This document shows positions 50,397 through 64,000 of a DNA stretch of 64,000 nucleotides, one piece after another. Origin of the DNA: Proteromonas lacertae (taxonomy: Eukaryota); contig NGBS01000306.1 in assembly GCA_002245135.1 (NCBI GenBank), forward strand, positions 1-64,000, in the 5' to 3' direction. The position numbers and the translations under genes were made by a program. Every line of letters begins with the position of its first letter. Position 1 is the first letter of the stretch. The notes under the pieces are model-generated. The model did no database searches, was not told where the DNA came from, and was given only the letters and a program-made list of their open reading frames with translations.

Positions 50397-52805
50397 TTAC
50401 ACAATTGGATTTGAAGGGTTAGTTCTATTCGTCTGATTCAATACTTCATGTAATAAGAATGTTTGACCAGTATCAAGGTTAGTAACAGGTAAACAATATG
50501 ATTCTAGATCAGAATCACCCATTTGTTGATAATAACATTGGTCACAGACATTCACTTCTTGAAATATATTCCTCTTTGGTAAACACATCTTCCTTTTAAC
50601 ATGTTCAGCACAAAATGGTCTATCACAGCAAGTACAGAAGTATTTCACTTCACCACCATGAAATAAACTATCAAATACTTTAGAACAACCTAATGCAGAA
50701 CATCTACTATCTATTTAAATAATTAAAATAATAGAAAAAAAAATACTATTTGAGTTGTTATAAAACATTGAAAAATTACTTTCACTACTATCTAAACTAC
50801 CTCTTTGTCCAAGTTGTTTCTCTTGTGATGAATTAGATGATGCGTTATAACAAAATGAATTCTCATCACTTGCAGTATGCATATTGTAACAAGTATTACA
50901 TACTCTTTGTGGACCAATATAACCAAAATCAGATAACAATATCTTCTTATAACAATGTTTAATACAAAATATCTTACCACATGATCTACAGTGATGTCTT
51001 CGATATTTGAAGTCGAATATTGTCTTGGAGAATTCATTATGGCAGCCATCAAACATACAAACAGTTGATGATTCGTCAGGAACCCATACAGGTGGAGCTA
51101 TATAAATATATAATTATTAATTAATATATATTCATACTTAGTGAGACTTTATGTGTTAAATCATATTGTTGTAATACTTCTGGTGATAAACCACCTAATC
51201 TAATTTCTATTGGACAAATACTATCTTGTACAAAATCCAATATTTGATTAAACTTCAATCCAATTGTTGATTGTCCATTGATTGATAGAATATATTGCCC
51301 TATTTTGATTCTACCATCTGATTCCGCATTAAATACTTGTCCTTCTGAACTTCTTTCAAATCCAGACACTCTGGCATTTCTACCATAAACATCACTTTCT
51401 AACTTCAAACCAATTGGCTTCTTATCAAATCTACAAACAATACATTCATTATCGACGATTGGAGGAGGTGTTTGACTTGCTTGTTTCTCAAAACTTTTAA
51501 TATCAGCATCAACATAACCTTTTGTACACTAAATAATAATAATAATAATAATAATATATATATATATAATACATTTTCATAACAAATTTTACACACTCTT
51601 TGAGGTGTATTATATCCAAGTGAAGGTAATTTAATCTGATATTTAGAATGGTCTGTACAATATAATTTACCACAACATCGACAATGATGTCTTCTATTCA
51701 ATGATATTATACTAAACGTCATTCTACAACCAGGATACATACACTGCGATGATGCTGAATTAGGTAGCCATTGTGGTCGTGGAGGTAAGAATGAGGAATG
51801 GCGTTTATGTTTAGATTTCTTACTATTATTATTATTATTTGAATTATTATTATTTGAATTATCATTGGAATTGGATGAATTAGCTGAAGATATTGAATTT
51901 GTTTTGATTATGGAAGATATTCCTGTTGAGCTATTACCACTACTATCAGAATTGTTCTTACTTAAATCTTTCAAAGGTGATTTCTTATACGTATCTAGTA
52001 TTGAGTATTGTATAGATATTGTTTCTATTGAATCCATTTGTGTAATTGGTAATATGGTTATTTCTATGACTGGAACAGATGTGCCAATCGGACAAAGTAC
52101 AAATTTATCAACTCCAAAGGATATGATTGAATTAGATAAATCTAATTGTGGAATATCGTTATCTACTGTATAATCATCTTCAGCCACTCGTAAATCATAA
52201 CTAATAAACACAATAAAAAATATATTTATACCAAGTTATATCATAATCAAGTGATAAGTTATTATCTTTACATTTCTTGAATAACACTCCTATTAACTGT
52301 GAGGCTGATGATTGTGATGCTATTTCAGCAGTACCATGGAATAAATCATTATGTATTGAACTAAATGGAGGTGTGCTTGGAGAAAAAGCATCATTTTCTG
52401 ATGAATTGTTTGAACATGCTTTTAAATCTTCACTTAATAAAGATACTACTTCTATTGGAGCTTGTACAGCCTCTTTGATGAATAATGGCTCTTCAGAGTT
52501 TGGTATTATCTTTTCTGAGTCATTATTAGGAGGTCCATCTGGAGTATCACAGTTTGACTATTTTAAAATATTCATAAAACTATATAAAATACGTAATTAC
52601 TGTGAAGACTAGTATCATCTTCTGGAATTGAATAAGTACTCATAGAAGAAGGAGTATTAGCTAATAATGCGTCTAACAATTTCTACAGACATATTACAAT
52701 AAATGAATATACTTGATCATCAACATCTGCATATTGATAACCAATTTTATTGTTATAAGACTTCCCAGAGATATAGTCAATACTACTAGAGTAGTACAAA
52801 CTCAT
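50397..52805 (-). CDS. Multi-FYVE zinc-finger protein with a PDZ-like domain
   Basis: WLPN..C...RRHHCRCCG..C..RVC, WVPD..C..RRHHCRSCG, a third degenerate FYVE at the C-terminus, and PDZ-like PIGLKL...AESDGRIKIGQYILSING; multi-exon. Confidence 0.85.
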
Positions 52806-52960
52806 ATTTTAATTTCTAATGTTTAATAAACAGCAGAATTAAGACAAAAAAAAGATTTTGAAATTAAAATCAAACATGTTTGTGAAACGATAAAAAAATA
52901 CAAAAAATGAAAAATAGAGTAAGTTATTAAATATGTATAGGAGTTTATTCTAAATTGAGT

Positions 52961-54223
52961 TCAACTATATGGTATTTTTGAGTACGAACCTTTATGCTTG
53001 ATTATATAATTTAGATTTGTTTCACATTCACTCATACACTTTGATAATAGATTTGTATCGCTTCTAACCTCTGCCCAAATCAATCTAACTGCTCTGATGA
53101 TGCTATTTATGGATGAATTGCTTGTAAAAGTATGTATTATCTTTGAATTTATTAAATTCCATATAAACTCCATAGGATTACAGTCTCTACCACCAGTTGG
53201 TTGTAACACTGTATCATTAACACTACAAATAAATTTATTCTCTAGTTTTTCAATATACGGTATAAAATCTGAATCTAACACAATTCTACACTTTTCTAGT
53301 GGATATAATGTTTGAATTGATTGAATCATCTTCTTAATGACATTACCACAATATATTTCTTCTTCATGAATAGTATCTTCATCATTGATCAAAATTGAAG
53401 TAAATCCTTTTGAAGATATACCAGCAAATAAATATATAATATTATTTTTACTTTCTAATGGTAAACCTACACTAGACATCATAGGAGGTTGTAGATGAAA
53501 TTTCATTTGGCTTAAAAACATCGTATTTTTATAATTTGATAATACTTTCTCACAATAATTCTTTCTCCATTCTTTCAAAGGTGAAATAATAGTTGGTAAA
53601 ATATATCCGTTATATTCTGAATAACCTAATAATTCTATTATTCTTTTAATATCTGATTTACCAGTAGAAGGAAGTGATGAATAATATTGACAAACAGTTT
53701 GATATATAAACTCAAATTTCAATAACCTTGTAGGATACTTTAATAAATATTTTATTATTTCATACAGTGATGTATTTATATAGTCTGTATTTGGAAAATG
53801 TGTTGTTTGTAACGGCAGAGTTAATAGAAATGATGTTATTATTGTATTTGAATGATATTCTTCAAATGTATCAGGTAATACTCCTATATCATAATATAAA
53901 CAATCACTATATTTTAATATCAATGGATTGAATATTATATTGCCATATGGATTCTTACTTACTTCTTGGATAAGCCATTTATCGATTTTGTATTTATTTT
54001 CTATATCTGTTACTGTTAAACCTGAATCAAGTAGTGATTGAATCTTTTGTGCAAATCTATCTGAGAAAAAGATTTTGTCACGAGGATAGCCATTGATTGT
54101 TGGCATTATTGAAGATTGATATTTATTCCCCTTACTAAAACCAGAAGGTTCGAAGATCTTAGTGAAGAGTAAAAGGATCTCTTGGATATTATACCACATT
54201 AAATGCATTATACAGTACAACAC
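52961..54223 (-). CDS. Tc1/mariner (DD34E) transposase-derived protein, probably inactive or domesticated; start uncertain
   Basis: HTH-like KIQSLLDSGLTVTDIENKYKI; VLD-(34 aa)-E in PTGGRDCNPMEFIW; Tc1-like C-terminus IIKHKGSYSK; first Asp position reads KVLSNYK. Confidence 0.7.
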   Translation of the reverse strand: MLYCIMHLMWYNIQEILLLFTKIFEPSGFSKGNKYQSSIMPTINGYPRDKIFFSDRFAQKIQSLLDSGLTVTDIENKYKIDKWLIQEVSKNPYGNIIFNPLILKYSDCLYYDIGVLPDTFEEYHSNTIITSFLLTLPLQTTHFPNTDYINTSLYEIIKYLLKYPTRLLKFEFIYQTVCQYYSSLPSTGKSDIKRIIELLGYSEYNGYILPTIISPLKEWRKNYCEKVLSNYKNTMFLSQMKFHLQPPMMSSVGLPLESKNNIIYLFAGISSKGFTSILINDEDTIHEEEIYCGNVIKKMIQSIQTLYPLEKCRIVLDSDFIPYIEKLENKFICSVNDTVLQPTGGRDCNPMEFIWNLINSKIIHTFTSNSSINSIIRAVRLIWAEVRSDTNLLSKCMSECETNLNYIIKHKGSYSKIPYS

Positions 54224-54651
54224 AATTATTTTGACATTTCTATAGCAGAAGAATACCTTCTACAACCGAATAATCTTCAATTTCTTTTTGTTATCTTATA
54301 TCTCATTATTATTTGTTTTACTAACCCATTTGGCAGTAATTTATATTTTTAATAACTGAAAAGAGTTCTATTATACTCCATTCTATTAATTTCATTCATA
54401 ATGGCCTTATTTACATTTCTCTATTTACAATAGACTTTTCAGAAATAGAATTACTATGTGTAATCGCTTGAATACATTACATGTACAATTTGATCAGTTG
54501 ACATTCAATACTTCTTTTAGTCATACATATATTGTATTTACTCTTCACTGAAGACAAAATAATCATAAAAAAATTAAGAATAACACAGTTGAAAAAAAAA
54601 CTGATTTAATCAAAATTTTCGCACCAGAAGAAACGTCTGATAATTTTTTTA

Positions 54652-57600
54652 ATGGATTATCAAGTATAGACTACTAATATTTATATTCGCATAGAGTTCG
54701 TTATTTTCAGATATTCAAAAATCCGAAACCCTGAACACGGCGCCAGAAAGTCAAGATAGACTGTGGATTACTGCTTCGATGAAGTCACTGTTTGATACCC
54801 AGTTTGTAAAGAGTCATTTTTCTAATTCAAACGCATCTGTATGGTTTATTATATATATTTGCTTAGTTTGATCACTTATGTAATCCTTGGACAATTACAG
54901 ACAATTCTGATTGTCAAAACTACGACCAAGGTCTATTAGCATCCAATATACAAGAGTCTTATAATTTAACAAAACAATCAGAAACACAGAGAGATTCTAT
55001 AAATGAACTCTGTCGTGTGATGAATCCACATATAGTATCCATGTCACAGAGACTCACAGTATTTTTTTTCTACTAATATTTATTGTAGTTATTACAATGG
55101 ATGGAAGATGCTTTAATTCGTTTCAGAAAGTCAATGAACGAAGGATTAACTCTTCCTTTAATAGTTCCACCACCACCATTAGAAATCCATAAATCTTCCC
55201 TCTTCTACTCACAAATCCTATGTAATTTACTCACTTCAATTATAGACGAATCACTTCTCCTTTAATGAATTAAATCCAATACTACACGATATTAGTGATA
55301 TATTTACACATTTATCACCATTATCGCTGAGAGACTCATATATGTCCCAACAAAATGAAATTGAAAGTTATACATCAAACCAAGCCATGTTGAAATTCCG
55401 CCAATTATTAGTGAATATTATCAATAACTCCAGTATCTCACTCAATGATCGTGTTAATTTATTACCATTGTTATTTTCACTCTCTTTATCCACTGGAACA
55501 TTATTAGATTGTCTTTATACATTTAAGAGTCTATTTAGCCTTGAACAAGCTATCAATAACTGCGAGCAATTAACTAATAATGAAACACTAATGAATACAA
55601 ATCCATTCGTATTTAAGAACAATTCAATGAAAAGAAATGCAACTCCAAAACCAATTAAATGTAGAAAATCCATTCATCGTGAAATAACCACTCCATTTGA
55701 ACGACCTACTAGTAGTTTAGTAGTGAATAGTAATGTACCAGATAGAGCCAATAATAATAATAATAATAATATTAGACCAGTAAACAACAACAACAACAAT
55801 ATTAATAATACAATTAATCATTTAGCTAATATGAATAATAATTATGATTTAGATTTAATATCCTCTGATTCTACTCATAGTAACAGTACGTTTGCAATAT
55901 ATGAAGAAGAATTACTTGGTACTTTAGCTACTACTACAACAGATGGATGTAATAATAATAATAATAATAATGACTTAGTGGATGATATAATAGACAATAA
56001 TAATAATACAATAATCAATCCAGCACAAGATATAGAATTCCCCGATTTTTCTAAACATCTCAGTATATTAGACTCAATTCCAACTCCACCATTGTTATTT
56101 AATAATATTCATTTCATAACAGGTTATGAATTATGGACTTGTGGTCAAAATACATATGGTGAACTAGGTCATGGAGATACAATCACTAGAAAGATGGTAG
56201 TGAATGTAACTACCTTGAAGAATAAAGAAATAGTAGAGATATCAGCTGGAAATGAACATAGTTTATTCTTAACGAATGAAGGTGAAGTATATAGTGTTGG
56301 ATATAATGATAATGGTCAATGTGGTTTAGAAAATACATCTCAACGAATAATAGTTCCTACATTAATTCAATCATTGAAGAATGAAAAGATCAAACATATA
56401 TTTGCATTTAATGGATGTGAACATTCTTTCTTTTTAAATTCCAAAGGTCAATTATATAGTTGTGGTTATAATTCAAGAGGACAACTTGGCCAAGGAACTC
56501 AGAATAATATATATATACCGAAACTTATACCATTCTTTGAAAAACGAAAAGTAATATCAGTTGGTTGTAGTTACTTCCATTCTGTAGTTATCTGTGAAAA
56601 TAATGAAGTATATAGTTTTGGTAGAAATGATTATGGTCAATTAGGTTTAGGTGATTCTACAGATAGATCAACACCAGCACTTATAGAAGCATTAAAACAA
56701 TATAATATAATACAAGTAGCTTGTGGTCAACATCACACTGTAGTTTGTACTGATAAAGGAATATGTTATTCAATGGGAAAGAATGAATTTGGTGTATTAG
56801 GAATCAATAATTCTGCTAAACCAAGTGAAAGGTTACCAACAAAAGTAATAGGTGTAAGAGAAGATCATAAAGTAATTCAAATAGCTACTGGTTATTGTCA
56901 TACATTATTATTATGTAAGAATGGATCAGTATATGGATTTGGTAAGAATGAAAATGGTCAATTAGGTTTAAATAAATATACAAGTGTAGAAAAAGCTAAA
57001 TTAATCCCTGATTTAGAAGGTAAAGATATTAAATCAATCAGTTGTGGTTGTCATCATAGTGTTTGTGCAGGTCCTAAAGGTATTTTATATGTATTTGGTA
57101 AAAATAATCACGGACAACTCTGTACAAGAGATACAATCGATAGACCAATACCAGAAACACTTAGAATATTTGCAGGAAAGAAAATACATCAAATAGTATG
57201 TGGTTTTTATCATTCATTGATATTAACTGGTGGTTATAATGAATATAAGGAAAGTAGTAATATTGCAGTAGATCCATTTACTAGTAATAAAGTGTTGGAA
57301 CATAATGAATTATTCTTTAGTGACACTAATAAAATATCAATTTCACATTCTTTAAGTGGAACTGCTTTGATATTATTAGCGAATATTGATAAATATGTAA
57401 TAGAAGAATTATCACAGAATATGATAGAATATCCAACATTATTATCAAATAATAATTTATTGAAATTATATAATAACAAAGAAAATAAAGATAATAAAAC
57501 AATTACACCAATATTACACTCAATATATATACAGACATCTTCAGCTACATTTGCATTTATTAACGATTTATTGCAATTCTTTTTATCAACACATTTTTCA

Positions 57601-60600
57601 TCCATTACATCCAAGAAAGCTTCATTTTATTACATATTAATATCATTAATTAGGATATTACGAGTTAATTTATTCGTATTTCTTTATTCAGAGCAAGGAT
57701 TAGAATATAATAAATCAATATTAAACAAAGAACAAACTTCAGAATTCTATCAACCACTCCATGCCTTACATAAAATATTAATAAACTATTTAAATTCAAT
57801 GTCATATAATGATGAATATCAAAAATTATTAATTAATGATATAATCGAAGTATTGGTTGTAGGATGTGATATATTTTACCCTAATTTCATTACACAGATT
57901 CAATTAATAAAGAGATTATTAGATAATAACAATTCAATATCAACTACTTCAACTTCTTCTTCTACTTCATCTAGTAATAATACTAATAATAGCACACCAA
58001 GACCACTATCTTCATCATTATCACAATCTAGACCAATATCTCAACAACAACAACAACAACAACAACAACAACCGTTACAACAAACACAATCGAACAATAT
58101 AACTAATACAGGTAATACAAATAATACAACAATTGAACCGTTATTTTTAATACCTAATAATATTGACATTCAGAATCATTATTTGTCGATATTATTAAAG
58201 AGATTAAAAGTGTCTGATATATTATTATACCAATTAAACGATGATCAGAATAATATCTTGTATCAATATCCAAATGATGGTAATATCAGTGACTGTATTA
58301 TTCTACAGTTAATACAGTCATTAATTAAGAGATCTATTATCAATATGAACGATGCAATCGATAAACAACTCTCAAAAACACCAAATACAGCTAATACAGC
58401 TAATACAGCTAATACAACTAATACAAGTAATACAAATAATACAAATAATACAATGAATAATGATGATATAATTGATTATAATGATATATTATTAACATTC
58501 CAAAAACATTTATTCAGTTTAATCACTTTAACTACAGAGTCAACCAGTAATTTAGAGAATACAGGTAAATTGTATTTATCCATTGCATTAAATGGTTCAA
58601 TCTCCATAAATGATACAAATTCACTATCTCAACCAATCAATAAGATCTTCTTATTAGTATTATCCTATACAAAGATAATCATTGAAAATTCATTATCACT
58701 CTTAAATCATCTACAAACATGTTGTAATACAGCCAAAACATCATCCAAAACAACAACAACAACAACAGAAACTAATCCAGTAATAATGAATATAATAAAA
58801 TTACTTAGAAAATCAGTGTTAGGTTTACCACTTAATACATTGATATTGAATCTAATGAATATATCCGAATATCCATTCATAGTATTCAAATCATTATTCA
58901 AACTATACAAACCATTAGTTACACTATTATTATTAATAGATTCAATATTAAAGAACATTCCAGATATTGTAGAATATAGTAAAGACTTATTATCCAATCA
59001 AATCACTTTAAAGAAATTCAAGAATCATATATTACGTAGTTTAGAAGTAGATGATGTAAATTGGTTATTATACACTGAGAAATCACTCTCCATATTAATG
59101 GGACAAGTTATAGGAATCTTAGTACAAGGAAATACACTGGATAGTAATCAACTTAATAGTTATTATAATAATACCATTTACCATGGTTGGTTGAACACTG
59201 AATTATTTCAAAATGGATTGAATTTGAATGTATATCGATTAATTAATCAATATTATTCACAACATATATTCAATAATTGTGGAATAATGAATAACACTTT
59301 GACAAAGAATGAGATTTTACTAAGAAGACATTCATCTCAATCAGTTATTGGTAATCATTTTCATAATATTAGTAAATTAAAAGATGGAACTTTACAGGAA
59401 CTAGCACCTACTGGTTATGGATTAGATTGTTTTGAAAGAGAGTGTTTATTAGATGAGATTAGATTAAATCGTGGAAATGGTAAATTATATATGAATTGGG
59501 TTAGAAATTTCATGATTTCAAAATGTATGGAATATAATATTGCTTGTAGAAGACAAAACTTTAAGAGTGAAATGGAAGAAATCGAGAATGTGTTTTTTTG
59601 TGTTTTGATTAAACAAACGGATTATGAGACACAATCTGTAGCATTATCTCAATTCATAACGAATGATTGTAAAAGAGTTCCATCTCCAGTGTTACAATAT
59701 TTATATTTATTAGTAATAAAGTTAAGATTATGGTTGAATAGATGTATATCATCATTGCAGATGAAAAGTAGTGAATCTGAAGATAGTGAAAACAACAAGA
59801 AAGAAAATGAAAATGATAGTCAAAATAAAGAAGAAAAAGAAAAACTAGAAGAAGAACAGCAACAGAAGGAAATTAAGAATTTTGTAGAAACAATTAAATT
59901 AAAAAGTGATTTACTTACTCTAATTCAATCCCCATCAAATCAATCATATTTCAAATACATATCCAATCCTCTATTTATCACTAAAAATATAAATATCAAT
60001 ACAAATAGTGGTGGTGGTGGTGGAGGTAAAACTACAATATCAAAACATTGGAAAACGTTAAGATATTATCTAATAACCCTAACTATATGGAAATGTATAT
60101 ATAAAAATGTAAATTATTGTAAATCCAATATTACATATATATCTATTTCTAATAAAAAGATTGATTATCCAATCATATTGCTTCAATGTTTAGATTTCCT
60201 CCAATCATCTGCCAGTATTGATCATATCCCAAATCCTTATATATTATTACTATTATTATATGATAATGTAAAAAGAGTATCCAATAGAAAGAAAGGTTAT
60301 AAATTATTAAAGAAAATCATATCAACAATTTCATTACCCACAATTCAAGGTGATTTGTTATTATGTTATAATAATATCTTATCTTTGAAGAACCAACCAA
60401 TTTCAAACTATAAAATCCAAATTGAAGGTGTTGGAACAGAATTAACAGATACAGTATCAAAATCACATTTCTCCTTATTATCAACCATTACATCAATATT
60501 GAAAGATCAATTAGAAAATAAAACAGATTCAATAGATTATTCATTAGTAGTTCGTATATTGAATATGTATAATATATCATATATTCCTGAATACTTATCA

Positions 60601-63600
60601 TTCTTCTCTCAATTAAATATTATTGAAATATTATCAAAGTTTTTATTAAAACAGTATAAGTTGAATAATATCAATAATAACTCATTATCATTATCATCAT
60701 CATTATCATTATCTTTACAACAACAATCATCTTATCCTCAACGAATTGTAATAGTTGTGAAGAAATTATTGAGAACTTTCTCATTGTATTTATCTCAGAT
60801 TAATAATGAAGATATAATATCCAATTCTAAACTATCTATCTTGATATCTCCCTATTATAATCTAATTGAAGAAGGTATTAATTTATTATCAGATGAGGAG
60901 TTAAGATTGAATGATTACTATTCAAATATTATTACTAATAACAATGGAATGTGTACAGATATTATTAAAACACCACAACAAATATTTGGCTTGGAAGAAG
61001 GCTTGAGTTTCTCAAACCCATTGTTTGATTCAGAAAATACAAATACAGCTAATACAAATCCAAATTCAGCATCACCAACAGCAGCTACTACTCCTAGTGG
61101 TAGTAATAATGGTTTAATCAATTTCTCTGTTACTGCATGGATATATTTATCAGAAGAAGCAAATGGATCTCATCGTGTATTATTCTGTTATGGAGATAAT
61201 GAGAATGTATATCCATTAGTAGTATTACATCCATTCGATTTAAGGATTAATATTTATGTTGGTAAAATCTGTGATAAATTGTATGAAGAGTCGTTTCAAA
61301 GTCAAACATGTTTGAAGAAAGATCAATGGGTATTTATTGCTATAACCTTTGATGCAACTCAAATCAAGTTATTTATTGATGGTAAACCAGATTCACAAAG
61401 ATTAAGACCATCCACTATCAAATCACCATCATCCAGTGCTAATTTCTATGTAGGTAAATTACCAAGCAATTACTTCGATGGTAAAATAGATTTGAATAAT
61501 CAAGATAGTCAATTAGAGATCAAATATGGATATGAAGGTTATATTAGTTTATTACAATATTATAATAGAGCATTACAACCTATTCATATTAATGTAAATT
61601 ATGAAAGAACAATGCCAAAGTTAGTAATACCAGATGACTTATTATCAACATCATTAATGTCATTATATATATCCAGTAGTTCACCATTCATAGTGAATAT
61701 ATTAAAGGATAAGAAATGGATAAAGATATTATTTCAAGCTGTAAGTATTGGTACTACAAAGATTCAGATTATTGCGTTGAAGTTATTATCACTGTTATTG
61801 CCACAGATTAATCCTGCTAGTTTGAATGATATTAATTTATTATCGTTAATGTTATCATCCAATAACAATTATTCAAATAATACTTTATCTTTATCTCAAT
61901 CAATTAGTTTTAATAATACATTCAAATCATTCAAAACTCCAAAAGCATCAACAACTTCCTTAACATCTTTAACATCTACAACAACAACAACAACAACAGC
62001 AACTACAACTGCAGCAGCTAATACAACATCTAGTAATAAGAATCAAGGTGAAATATTCGTGAAATCGTTGTTGTATTTAATAGGATATGTTGCTTGTAAT
62101 AACACTATCAATAATAATAATAATAATACAATTGGTATAACTGATAAACCACCAAATTTATCATTATTCTTAACATCCAATTCTACATTATTGTCATCAT
62201 TAGTTTCATTGGTTTATTCATTATATTCATCATCCAATAATAACAATAAAGAATGGAGAAATATTATATTATCTTGTATAGATAAATATATATCTGCTTA
62301 TCCCCATGTTATTACTTCACTTAATACATTCTTATTAGAAAACACCATAGAATCAAAATACAATAATACTGAAGAATTATATCCATTTGTAGCTAGTTTA
62401 TATTTAATCAACAACAATACATTATCACGTATTTATACAGGCAGTGAGGTACAAATAGCTCATACTGATATGAAAGGTACAATAGTGAATGTAAAATCAT
62501 CTAAAGAAATACAAATAGTGATAAATACATATAAACACAGCATTGAAGGTGTATTATATCCAATTGATATTACTAATAATGTGTCAAACAATCCATTTGA
62601 AGGTATAAGTATTCCTACAGGTATGAAAGTTGAACCATATATTACAGCACAATATTATTTATTTAAATTAATACCAATTGCTTATGAAGAGTTGAATGTT
62701 ATTCCAAATACTTTAAAAATACCAATTCTAAGTACAAAATCATCAATTGGTGATAGATTGAAGTGCTTTTTAGATTTTATATTCAGAAATAACGAGTTTA
62801 CCACTATTTTAGAAACTGCAGCAATGAAAAGAGATTTAGTTAATTATGATTCATATGATATATTATTCATGACAACTATCTTATTAACTATAAAGTCATT
62901 ATTTACTAATTTACAAGAAGATGAATGGTGTGATTGGTTTATTAATAATAATCTATTAAATCAATTCATTAAATTAGGATCAGCAATATTCCATCAAAAT
63001 AACGAATTCACAACAATTGAACAAATTGAAGACAAACTAGAATTCTTACAGAAAAGATATAATCATATTAAAAACAATCCAAATATACACTTACCACCTA
63101 AAAGAGATAGAAAGCAAAGTTCAGCAATCAATCCATTCTGTGTAAGAATATACAATATCTACAATCCAGTCAATATTTCTACAGAATTGTCTTCATTATG
63201 TGATGATTCATTAACTACAGAAATTGATCGATATTTAGATGATGATTTAATCAGTGGTGAATGGTTACCTAATAGTGCAAGATCCATTCCACAAGTATTA
63301 GCACCAACAGATTCAATAATATATAAAACACTTATTCAAAATGATGATGATGAATTATTATCTTGGGATTCAATAGAGAATGTGAATATAACTAATTATT
63401 ATTACCCATTAGATCCGAATCAAAGTGCTTATGGTTATAATGCATTTAGTATGTTTACTTTACCATCACCTGATGTTAAGAAGAATAATGTAGATACAGC
63501 TATTAGTGAAATATTGAGTTGTGATACTCAGAAGATGATTAACAATATTATATATTGTATTGTTCAGTTATGTATATTATATTCAAGAGGTATTGTTGTG

Positions 63601-64000
63601 GAAGTATTTGATAAATATAATAAGAAAATTAAACATAATAATTATTCAACAAAACCTAAAGTAATTAGTGAAGAAAATGAGAAAGAAAAAGAGAAAGAAA
63701 ATGATAAAATATCGATTAAATCCATGTCAATTCCTGACTTTATTCGATTTATTAAACTCACTGTTTGTAGAGGTATTCAATTAGGTCCAATTCCCTATAA
63801 GTTATGTGATAATAATCTCTCATTTGGTGGTTATTATACAGGATGGATTAATGATAATTATAAATATGGATTAAACTCAACTTGTATAGAAAATCCATCT
63901 TCTAAAATAATGGGAGAAATGATACAGTTATTTATTAAACAATCTGATGAGTTTACAACTGAATTAATATCATTATTTAAGATAATCATTAGTGGTTGTA
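54652..64000 (+). CDS. Giant RCC1-repeat plus LamG-domain protein (HERC-like E3 ligase candidate), 3' end beyond the window; one apparent +1 indel at about 55260
   Basis: Short 5' exons from ATG 54652, then frame +1 open from 55261 to the window end. About seven RCC1 repeats (56130-57230; CGQNTYGELGHGD, FGRNDYGQLGLGD, ACGQHHTV) and a LamG-like segment (61120-61600; FSVTAWI, QWVFIAITFD..IKLFIDG). No HECT domain seen within the window. Confidence 0.85.

Noticed and set aside
54224..54600. Upstream exons or TIR of the Tc1-derived ORF
   Set aside because: No consistent spliced frame or inverted repeat matching the 52860-52960 side could be established by eye.
1..64000. tRNA or rRNA genes
   Set aside because: No cloverleaf-like or rRNA-like GC-rich conserved segments were seen.

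Overview
Very AT-rich, gene-dense eukaryotic (protist) DNA. Genes carry many tiny spliceosomal introns (about 24-60 nt, mostly GTAT...TAG) and use the standard genetic code. Intron size, the EF2 sequence and GT-rich downstream motifs suggest a Blastocystis/Proteromonas-like stramenopile, and several cilium-associated genes are present; this taxonomic call is inference only. Bases 1 to about 5700 look like the right-hand part of an integrated Polinton/Maverick-like (MELD/PLV-type) dsDNA element. It contains a retroviral-type integrase whose third catalytic residue is Asp, an intron-containing protein with about 23 x 13-aa repeats, a small membrane protein, a Cys-rich zinc-finger protein, a 4-exon orphan gene and a repeat-rich putative terminus. 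A decayed island follows (BUB3 fragment plus a broken ORF of about 3.8 kb). From about 10.5 kb the window holds ordinary host genes: PPase, EAF6, TTLL, PPIL6, RPA34, a secreted alpha/beta hydrolase, a kinase pseudogene, ALKBH8/TRM9, EF2, EFCAB10-like, eIF4B-like, DCAF7, TVP15-like, CCT5, an EF-hand/WD40 protein, DGAT2, two NT5C paralogues, an EF-hand protein, PRKCSH, a MAP2K, importin alpha, a FYVE/PDZ protein, a Tc1-derived ORF, and a giant RCC1/LamG (HERC-like) gene running off the right edge. Notable details include a probable U12-type minor intron, a MAP2K with an acidic activation loop, a degenerate AlkB domain, and recurrent +1 C/G indels that are probably assembly errors. All calls come from manual reading and motif recognition; no database search was run.
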